A stretch of 11,987 nt of DNA from a virus (lineage: Duplodnaviria; Heunggongvirae; Uroviricota; Caudoviricetes), in IMG/VR virus record IMGVR_UViG_2778261502_000005, positions 1-11,987 of that record, one strand, 5' to 3'. Below, in pieces: positions 7,013-11,987 of this stretch; the stretch's first letter is position 1, and every line of letters starts with the position of its first letter. The translations under genes and the position numbers were made by a program. The notes under the pieces are model-generated. The model was not told the origin of the DNA, did not search any database, and saw nothing but the letters and a program-made list of their open reading frames with translations.

Positions 7013-7708
7013 TTATTTGATACTGTATAAATATACAGTTATTGCATGGAGAAGATAAGATGCAGCAGTATCACTATCCACTGGAAGACGGATTTTCCGA
7101 AGAAAGTCATCTGATGGCTGCCATTGTTCATGCATGACAAATTTGCCTAATTGCCCTGGCCCACCAGGAGGAACAAAGTTATTCATCACGGCGTTGTTTG
7201 CGCCGGGGTCATGATGCACAGAATCCCCGTTTTTTGTCCTGCTCTCCCTCTCTTGGTTAAATGACTGGTTATATGACTGGTTCTGGATCCCGTTTTTGGG
7301 ATCATTCAACATCCCGTTTTTGGGATCATTCAACATCCCGTTTTTGGGTATATTCCCGTTTTCGGGTATATTCCCGTTTTCGGGTATATTCCCGTTTTCG
7401 GGTTCATTGCCCCCCTCCCGGTTGCCTTTAATGTTCCCGTTTTTGGTTATATTAAGAGAGAAAACCCGCACTCTTTTTGTCGCTCCCTTTCTATCTCCGG
7501 TATCTGAAATAAGCCCCATTTTCATGAGCGATATAAGCCCGGCCTGCACGGTTTTTTTATTCAGGCAAGTGTCTTTAACGAGGCGTTCTATGCTGGGGTA
7601 GCAGAGGTTATATTCATCGGCTCTGTCAGCCATCGAGAGCAGTATGAGCTTTAATGATGAGCTACCTGGATCTGTCTCCCAGGCCCAATCTGTTGCATGT
7701 CTGCTCAT
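7013..7708 (-). CDS. Phage replication initiator, O-like, with N-terminal winged-HTH domain and internal repeat region, 231 aa
   Basis: N-terminal region (LKLILLSMADRADEYNLCYPSIERLVKDTCLNKKTVQAGLISLMKMGLISD) has the pattern of phage and plasmid replication-initiator HTH domains. The central part is a tandem peptide repeat (ENGNIP x3, NDPKNGML x2) encoded by iteron-like DNA repeats. Starts 13 nt after the upstream gene. Confidence 0.75.
   Translation of the reverse strand: MSRHATDWAWETDPGSSSLKLILLSMADRADEYNLCYPSIERLVKDTCLNKKTVQAGLISLMKMGLISDTGDRKGATKRVRVFSLNITKNGNIKGNREGGNEPENGNIPENGNIPENGNIPKNGMLNDPKNGMLNDPKNGIQNQSYNQSFNQERESRTKNGDSVHHDPGANNAVMNNFVPPGGPGQLGKFVMHEQWQPSDDFLRKIRLPVDSDTAASYLLHAITVYLYSIK
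7021..7040. promoter_or_regulatory. Candidate LexA (SOS) box
   Basis: TACTGTATAAATATACAGTT matches the consensus TACTGTATATATATACAGTA at 18 of 20 positions, with perfect CTGT-N8-ACAG arms and an all-A/T spacer. It lies within the last 9 codons of the O-like gene, about 157 bp upstream of the tailspike ATG. Confidence 0.55.
7289..7453. repeat. Iteron-like direct repeats (candidate replication origin) inside the O-like gene
   Basis: Seven tandem units sharing the core CCCGTTTT(T/C)GG(G/T): 24-bp units at 7289 and 7313; 18-bp units at 7337, 7355, 7373, 7391 and 7436. The core CCCGAAAACGGG is itself palindromic. A further 12-bp tandem (ATGACTGGTT-AT/CT) lies at 7261-7284. Confidence 0.65.
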
Positions 7709-7723
7709 GATTAATCTCCGCTA

Positions 7724-7924
7724 TCAGCTTGAGTGTTGTGGGGAGGAATTAATCATGATCTGCTTAATCTCTGCCCTGATGCGACGGTTTGATTCCATGG
7801 TGCACTCAACACAGTGTCCGTTGTAAACCCAGCGTTCACTGTCATGTCCGTGCTTACATGGTTTTCCGGTGTAGTAGCGTTTAAGTCCGCGCTTTGCGGC
7901 ATCAATACGTGTAATGATTTCCAT
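7724..7924 (-). CDS. Small Cys/His-rich (putative zinc-binding) protein in the cII-equivalent position, 66 aa
   Basis: Start placed at the internal ATG at 7924 (MEIITRI...), with an AGGG SD-like sequence upstream; the longer ORF beginning at 7987 adds a hydrophobic leader. Motif C-x-H-x-H-x13-H-C-x2-C. Function not recognisable from sequence. Confidence 0.45.
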   Translation of the reverse strand: MEIITRIDAAKRGLKRYYTGKPCKHGHDSERWVYNGHCVECTMESNRRIRAEIKQIMINSSPQHSS

Positions 7925-8004
7925 GGTAAGCCCTGTTATTAGTATTGGGATTACGGTTATTTTGTGCTGACACAAAAAAAAGATCAACCATATTTGGTTT
8001 TTTA

Positions 8005-8019
8005 TTACCTTTGAGGTAC
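8005..8019. promoter_or_regulatory. Operator-like palindrome TTACC-N5-GGTAC between the cro-side terminator and the Cys/His gene
   Basis: TTACCtttgaGGTAC, a 9/10 match to the shared motif. Confidence 0.4.
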
Positions 8020-8029
8020 GGATAGATAT

Positions 8030-8053
8030 GAAAAGACCGCCGGATGGCGGTCT
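8030..8053 (-). terminator. tR1-like rho-independent terminator downstream of the Cro-like gene
   Basis: GC-rich 8-bp stem AGACCGCC (8034-8041), loop GGAT, GGCGGTCT (8046-8053). On the minus strand it is followed by TTTTCAT. Sits between the Cro-like stop (8075) and the next gene. Confidence 0.5.
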
Positions 8054-8074
8054 ACAGAGGGTTGTGGCTGGATA

Positions 8075-8305
8075 TCATGAGTAGAAGAAGTATGCCAGTT
8101 CTGCTTTTGAGCGCAGCCATTGTCTTGTTTTACAGGCTTTAAAAAGCCCATTCATCAATACTTTACCTGGCATTTTGCGCTTACCTGTTAAGTGAGTCTG
8201 GATATAGTGACTCGTCGTTCCGGCTTCCTGTGCGAAGGCTTCACGCTCATCCGGAGTAAGTGCAAGCCAGTGCTTTTTGAAATCGAAATGTCCGTTATCG
8301 CTCAT
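8075..8305 (-). CDS. Cro-like small HTH regulator (DicC/YdaS-like), 76 aa
   Basis: Small basic protein divergently transcribed from the repressor gene. Putative HTH around EAFAQEAGTTSHYIQTHLTG. The position matches lambda cro. Family call is tentative. Confidence 0.6.
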   Translation of the reverse strand: MSDNGHFDFKKHWLALTPDEREAFAQEAGTTSHYIQTHLTGKRKMPGKVLMNGLFKACKTRQWLRSKAELAYFFYS

Positions 8306-8341
8306 AGCTATTGCCTGATATTTATTTCAGATAATAAATAT

Positions 8342-8404
8342 TCACCTATAAGGTAACAAAAATCAAGGATAGTTACCCATGAGGTGCATTTACCTGTTGG
8401 GTAA
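8342..8404. promoter_or_regulatory. OR-like operator cluster of three TTACC-N5-GGTAA-type palindromes in the divergent Cro-like/repressor promoter region
   Basis: Sites at 8342-8356 (TCACCtataaGGTAA), 8373-8387 (TTACCcatgaGGTGC) and 8390-8404 (TTACCtgttgGGTAA, perfect). An AT-rich 9-6-9 palindrome ATATTTATT-N6-AATAAATAT lies at 8318-8341. Confidence 0.6.
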
Positions 8405-8459
8405 TATTGCTTTAAATTGAATCATCTACTGATTCATATATGAGGCGATTTTCCAGAAA

Positions 8460-9044
8460 ATGAAAAGTATCCAGGACGTCCGCAGGCAAAATCTCAACGA
8501 CTTGATCGACCGTGAATTCAATGGTGTTCAGACGCGGATGGCAGAAAAACTTGGAACTCAGGCAAATCTGGTAAACCGCTGGGCTCTTGGCAAGAAGGTT
8601 ATCGGCGACCAGGTTGCGCGAAAAATTGAAGCTGCCGCCAATAAACCCCGTAATTGGCTTGATATCGATCGCTCGCTTTCTCAGGAAGGTTTTCAGCCTG
8701 TCGGCCCGAGTGATATAGGTCAGCTGGCTGCTCACAACCTGGAACGCTGGATGAGCGAAAGCCGCGACCTTTCAACACAGGGAAAACTTCACCGCGCATC
8801 CGGCGTCGCCCAGGTGACAATCAGCCGCCTGTTAAACAATGAGGTCAGCGTTTCCATTTCCACCCTGGAGAATGTTGCATCCGCATTCGGGCGTCACGGC
8901 TATGAATTACTGATTCACCCGCACGACCCTGCGACTATCAACTATGACCGCTCGCGCTACGCATTGTTACCCGAAACAGAGAAGGCAAAGATCGAAAGTT
9001 ACATTGAATTTGTCATCAGCCAGAACGAAAAAAACAAACAATAA
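8460..9044 (+). CDS. Phage repressor with two tandem XRE-type HTH domains and no S24 peptidase domain, 194 aa
   Basis: First HTH around QTRMAEKLGTQANLVNRWALGKK, second around LHRASGVAQVTISRLLNNEV. No Ala-Gly/Ser-Lys autocleavage module is recognisable. The nearest SD-like GAGG is about 14 nt upstream of the ATG. Flanked by operator palindromes on both sides. Confidence 0.8.
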   Translation: MKSIQDVRRQNLNDLIDREFNGVQTRMAEKLGTQANLVNRWALGKKVIGDQVARKIEAAANKPRNWLDIDRSLSQEGFQPVGPSDIGQLAAHNLERWMSESRDLSTQGKLHRASGVAQVTISRLLNNEVSVSISTLENVASAFGRHGYELLIHPHDPATINYDRSRYALLPETEKAKIESYIEFVISQNEKNKQ

Positions 9045-9065
9045 AATCATATTTTTCAGTAAGTA

Positions 9066-9090
9066 AGCCGCCTTCTGGCGGCTTTTTTAT
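9066..9090 (+). terminator. Rho-independent terminator after the repressor gene
   Basis: AGCCGCC (9066-9072), loop TTCT, GGCGGCT (9077-9083), followed by TTTTTTATT. Confidence 0.75.
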
Positions 9091-9100
9091 TGCCAGATAG

Positions 9101-9123
9101 ATTACCTTACGGGTAATTTTTTT
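9101..9123 (+). terminator. Second hairpin with T-tract; also a perfect copy of the operator palindrome (OL-like distal site)
   Basis: ATTACC-ttacg-GGTAAT followed by TTTTTTT. The core TTACCttacgGGTAA lies at 9102-9116. Confidence 0.5.
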
Positions 9124-9135
9124 AACTCATATCTA

Positions 9136-9178
9136 TTGACACCAAACCAAATAAGCATAATTATTACCTCAACGGTAA
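9136..9178 (+). promoter_or_regulatory. pL-like early promoter with overlapping operator, driving the small ORF, methyltransferase and phosphatase
   Basis: Consensus -35 TTGACA (9136-9141), 17-bp spacer, -10 candidate AATTAT (9159-9164). Perfect operator TTACCtcaacGGTAA (9164-9178) overlaps the -10 and the predicted transcription start. SD GAGGT at 9185-9189. Confidence 0.55.
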
Positions 9179-9197
9179 CAGACCGAGGTAACAAGTT

Positions 9198-9347
9198 ATG
9201 CAGTGGAAAATCATCAACGGTTGGTACTGCGTTACTGCATGCGGATTCATGAGCTGGAAGTTCCGCACCTTACAGGAAGGTATTAAGTGGGCTTTCGTCA
9301 GCAAAGAAGCTCGCGATGTGGCCAACGATAACGAGATATGGGAGTAG
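9198..9347 (+). CDS. Small ORF of unknown function (first gene of the early operon), 49 aa
   Basis: ATG with SD GAGGT 8 nt upstream. Trp- and Cys-containing (MQWKIINGWYCVTACGF...). Absent from the ORF track because of its length. Coding status unverified. Confidence 0.4.
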   Translation: MQWKIINGWYCVTACGFMSWKFRTLQEGIKWAFVSKEARDVANDNEIWE

Positions 9348-9421
9348 GTTAGCAAATGAGTGAATTGTCAATCATCGAAATCACACCAGACATAGCGGCA
9401 TAGGATGTTGTGGGGTGGTTT

Positions 9422-10072
9422 ATGACTAAGAAATACACACTAATCTATGCAGATCCACCCTGGGTATACCGGGACAAAGCCGCAGATGGTAATCGCGGTG
9501 CCGGTTTTAAATATCCGGTTATGAGTGTGCTGGATATCTGCCGCCTTCCTGTGTGGGATTTGGCCGATGAAAACTGTCTGTTGGCCATGTGGTGGGTGCC
9601 AACACAACCACTCGAAGCACTAAAAGTTGTTGAAGCCTGGGGATTCCGTCTGATGACGATGAAGGGCTTCACGTGGATAAAATGTGGTAGTCGACAACCA
9701 GATAAACTGGTTATGGGTATGGGACACATGACTCGCGCCAATAGTGAAGATTGCCTGTTTGCAGTAAAGGGAAAACTACCTCCGCGCATTAATGCAGGGA
9801 TCGTTCAGTCATTTACCGCACCGCGGCTTGAGCATTCAAGAAAACCAGATGTCGTTCGTGAAAAACTTGTGCAATTGTTAGGCGATGTTTCTCGCATTGA
9901 ACTGTTCGCCCGCCAGTCGTCTCATGGCTTCGATGTTTGGGGTAATCAGTGCGAAGACCCGGCAGTGCAACTACACCCTGGATACGCGTTGGATATTGGC
10001 GGATTAACAAATGCATTCAGCAATGCTCCGGTGTCACCAATAGACAACCAGGGGCGGGAGCGTGCAGCATGA
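9422..10072 (+). CDS. MT-A70 family N6-adenine DNA methyltransferase, 216 aa
   Basis: Catalytic DPPW motif in [10 protein letters not shown]. Start placed at the ATG at 9422, with a GGGGTGG SD-like sequence upstream; the ORF track uses GTG at 9410. Stop overlaps the phosphatase start as ATGA. Confidence 0.8.
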   Translation: MTKKYTLIYADPPWVYRDKAADGNRGAGFKYPVMSVLDICRLPVWDLADENCLLAMWWVPTQPLEALKVVEAWGFRLMTMKGFTWIKCGSRQPDKLVMGMGHMTRANSEDCLFAVKGKLPPRINAGIVQSFTAPRLEHSRKPDVVREKLVQLLGDVSRIELFARQSSHGFDVWGNQCEDPAVQLHPGYALDIGGLTNAFSNAPVSPIDNQGRERAA

Positions 10073-10728
10073 ACCTATATCAACGCATCAATGGCGCTGA
10101 CTGGTGCAATATCTTCGTCGTCGGCGATCTGCATGGGTGCTACACGCTGCTGATGAACGAACTCGACAAAGTTTCATTCGACCCGGCGCGCGATTTACTT
10201 ATTTCCGTTGGTGACCTTGTTGACCGCGGCGCTGAAAACGTCGAATGCCTGGATTTGATTACTATGCCGTGGTTCCGAGCTGTTCGTGGCAACCATGAGC
10301 AGATGATGCTGGATGCACTGGTCAACGGCGGAAGTTTCGGACATTGGATGTCAAACGGCGGTGGATGGTGGCACCAACTTGATTCTGAGCAGGATGTGCA
10401 ACTCAAATACCTTCTGCCAAAGATTACCAACCTCCCGATGATTATCGAACTGGTTACCGGCAATAAGAAGGTCGTCATCTGTCACGCAGACTACCCGCAC
10501 AACGAATACGCATTCGATAAGCCAGTACCAGAAGAAATGGTGATATGGAATCGTGAACGGGTTAGCGACGCGCAGGACGGTATTGTCTCGGAGATAACCG
10601 GTGCCGATTTGTTCATCTTCGGTCATACGCCAGCACATCACCCACTGGTGTATGCAAACCAGATGTACATCGACACCGGCGCAGTGTTCTGCGGAAATCT
10701 GACGCATACCAAAGTCCAGGAAGGATAG
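10069..10728 (+). CDS. Lambda-type serine/threonine protein phosphatase (metallophosphoesterase, PrpA/PrpB-like), 219 aa
   Basis: Signature motifs GDLHG, GDLVDRG and GNHE. The ATG at 10069 overlaps the methyltransferase stop. The longer track ORF from 9949 is an out-of-context N-terminal extension. Confidence 0.85.
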   Translation: MNLYQRINGADWCNIFVVGDLHGCYTLLMNELDKVSFDPARDLLISVGDLVDRGAENVECLDLITMPWFRAVRGNHEQMMLDALVNGGSFGHWMSNGGGWWHQLDSEQDVQLKYLLPKITNLPMIIELVTGNKKVVICHADYPHNEYAFDKPVPEEMVIWNRERVSDAQDGIVSEITGADLFIFGHTPAHHPLVYANQMYIDTGAVFCGNLTHTKVQEG

Positions 10729-10730
10729 AA

Positions 10731-11987
10731 TTATTTATTACTGTCTTCCATCCACTTCTCAAACTTCGACGGGGAGAACGGAATCAGATCCGTATGCTCC
10801 CCGTTAATCCAGGAATCAATCATATCGGCCCACTGCTGCAACATGTAGGCGCGCTGTCTGGCGTATTCCGCTTTGTTATATACGGCGCGCACACCTTTCT
10901 GCTCATGTGCCAGAGCCTTTTCAATCCAGTCTGAAGGATAACCAGCCTCATGCAACAACGTACTTGCTGTACGGCGCATATCGTGTACGGTGAAGTCCTG
11001 AATATGCTCACCATCTTCATTTATTATTTTCACCGTTCTGTCGATCAGAGAGTTCAGCGCGGCATTAGATAATGGCTTCCGGAAATTGTAACGACCAGGA
11101 ACCAGATATTCACTTCCACCAGCGCACATCTGCAACCCAACCAATATATCCTGTGCCTGTTTAGGCAGGTAAATAACGTGCGCCCGGCTTCCCTTCATGC
11201 GGTCTGAAGGAATTGTCCATGTCCATTTTTTAAAATCTATTTCATCCCACGTTGCATTGGTGAATTCGCCTTTACGAACCATAGTGATAAGCACCAGCTT
11301 TAAAGCCATTTTCATAGTGCCCATAGCACCAATGGCATCCAGCGTGCGGAAGAACAGGCCAATTTCTTCTGGTGTCAGTGTTCGCTCTCGTGGTTTAAAT
11401 ATGGCGATAGACGAAGGTTTAATGTCAGCCGCAGGATTAAACAAACCATGACCACGGTCATTGGCATGACGGTATACGCTGCTGATGATCTCCCTGGCCT
11501 GCACTGCTGTTGCCCGGCCACCGCGTTCGACAATCCGGTCACACAAATCACGAACCATCGATGTGGTAATTTCAGCCATCATTTTATTGCCAAGAACCGG
11601 AAGTATGTCACGGTCGATCACCGCCTGTTTCATTGCGCGGGTACTGTCAGCCAGGATGACGTGTTTCATATAACTGTCGGTATGTACCGCAAACGTCTCG
11701 GCACCACGAATCTTTTTGATACCGTCACGTTTAGCCGCAGCCGGTGACTGGCCTGCTTTAAGCAGCTTCTTTGCAGCAATCAGTTCTTCTCGCGCTTCTG
11801 CCAGGCTGATACCGTCACGCCCATACTGCCCGATTACCAGCGTTTCGCGGCGACCGTTGATACGGTAGTCGTAGCGAAACGAGACCGTGCCTGACGTAAG
11901 CACAGCTACATACAGCCCGTCACGATCGGAGACCTTGTACAGTTTGTCCTGCGGCTTGAGGTTTTTTAATTTTGTATCGGTAAGCAC
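10731..11987 (-). CDS. int: Tyrosine recombinase, phage integrase with N-terminal arm-binding domain, 418 aa
   Basis: N-terminus MLTDTKLKNLKP...DGLYVAV is typical of arm-type-binding integrase N-termini. C-terminal catalytic H-x-x-R (HDMRRT) and tyrosine in RAVYNKAEY. First codon is GTG at the window edge, so the true start may lie just outside. The 3' end is 2 bp from the phosphatase stop. Confidence 0.85.
   Translation of the reverse strand: MLTDTKLKNLKPQDKLYKVSDRDGLYVAVLTSGTVSFRYDYRINGRRETLVIGQYGRDGISLAEAREELIAAKKLLKAGQSPAAAKRDGIKKIRGAETFAVHTDSYMKHVILADSTRAMKQAVIDRDILPVLGNKMMAEITTSMVRDLCDRIVERGGRATAVQAREIISSVYRHANDRGHGLFNPAADIKPSSIAIFKPRERTLTPEEIGLFFRTLDAIGAMGTMKMALKLVLITMVRKGEFTNATWDEIDFKKWTWTIPSDRMKGSRAHVIYLPKQAQDILVGLQMCAGGSEYLVPGRYNFRKPLSNAALNSLIDRTVKIINEDGEHIQDFTVHDMRRTASTLLHEAGYPSDWIEKALAHEQKGVRAVYNKAEYARQRAYMLQQWADMIDSWINGEHTDLIPFSPSKFEKWMEDSNK

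Noticed and set aside
7289-7453. Possible CRISPR array suggested by the tandem repeats
   Set aside because: Units are 18-24 bp and directly abutting with no unique spacers, and they lie inside a coding sequence. That is iteron or peptide-repeat structure, not CRISPR.
7296-7601. Plus-strand ORF 7296..7601 (MGSFNIPFLGSFNIPFLG...)
   Set aside because: It is the antisense reading of the iteron repeats; its repetitive translation is a by-product of the DNA repeats, while the minus-strand initiator has the HTH domain and operon context.
7644-7826. Plus-strand ORF 7644..7826 (60 aa)
   Set aside because: Spans the junction of two minus-strand genes on the opposite strand. No RBS or domain.
8412-8820. 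Minus-strand ORFs 8412..8735 and 8599..8820
   Set aside because: Antisense to the repressor gene, which has two clear HTH domains. One would start inside the operator region with no RBS.
9164-9355. Minus-strand ORF 9164..9355 (63 aa)
   Set aside because: Antisense to the small plus-strand ORF and to the promoter/operator. The plus-strand reading has an SD and fits the operon, so this is judged spurious.
9356-9403. 15-codon plus-strand ORF (MSELSIIEITPDIAA) between the small ORF and the methyltransferase
   Set aside because: Too short to support and has no clear SD. Could be a leader peptide but there is no evidence for it.
9445-10016. Minus-strand ORFs 9445..9789 and 9813..10016
   Set aside because: Antisense to the MT-A70 methyltransferase, which has a clear catalytic motif.
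9949-10068. 40-codon N-terminal extension of the phosphatase ORF
   Set aside because: It lies in an alternate frame of the methyltransferase and precedes the conserved phosphatase N-terminus; the ATG at 10069 overlapping the upstream stop is the coupled start.
10140-10707. Minus-strand ORFs 10140..10478 and 10351..10707
   Set aside because: Antisense to the phosphatase gene. No supporting features.
10820-11747. ORFs 10820..11020 (-), 11197..11451 (+), 11448..11747 (+) and 11485..11673 (+) within the integrase region
   Set aside because: Alternate-frame or antisense to the integrase, whose catalytic motifs are intact.
10729-11987. Searched for a tRNA gene or att core adjacent to the integrase
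   Set aside because: No tRNA-like sequence was recognised and the integrase 3' end abuts the phosphatase gene. Any att site or tRNA is presumably just outside the right edge, so none is reported.

Overview
This 11,987-bp window reads as one compact, mosaic temperate-phage region of enterobacterial type; the host assignment is an inference from codon usage and about 50% GC, not a database hit. From right to left it contains: a tyrosine integrase whose GTG start sits exactly at the window edge (10731..11987, -); a convergent early-type operon of a 49-aa small ORF, an MT-A70 adenine methyltransferase and a lambda-type Ser/Thr phosphatase (9198..10728, +); a tandem-HTH repressor (8460..9044, +) followed by two terminators; a divergent Cro-like gene, a terminator, a small Cys/His protein and an O-like replication initiator with iteron-like repeats inside its coding sequence (7013..8305, -); an AT-rich cassette of a tailspike with a T7-tail-fibre-like N-terminus (4435..6864, -) and a convergent Oac-like O-acyltransferase (3385..4386, +); a lysis cassette of two holin-like proteins, a GH19-type endolysin and Rz/Rz1 spanins (1291..3088, -); and a lipoprotein plus secreted protein in the position lambda bor occupies (1..1071, +). 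Found by eye: a 15-bp palindrome TTACC-N5-GGTAA recurs seven times, almost entirely around the repressor gene and once upstream of the tailspike, and a near-consensus LexA box lies at 7021..7040. No capsid, terminase, portal, helicase loader, Q-like or N-like gene, tRNA or CRISPR array is visible, so the region is either a degraded or satellite-like element or the integrase-proximal arm of a prophage whose structural genes lie beyond the left edge. All product calls rest on motifs I can read in the translations; no searches were run.
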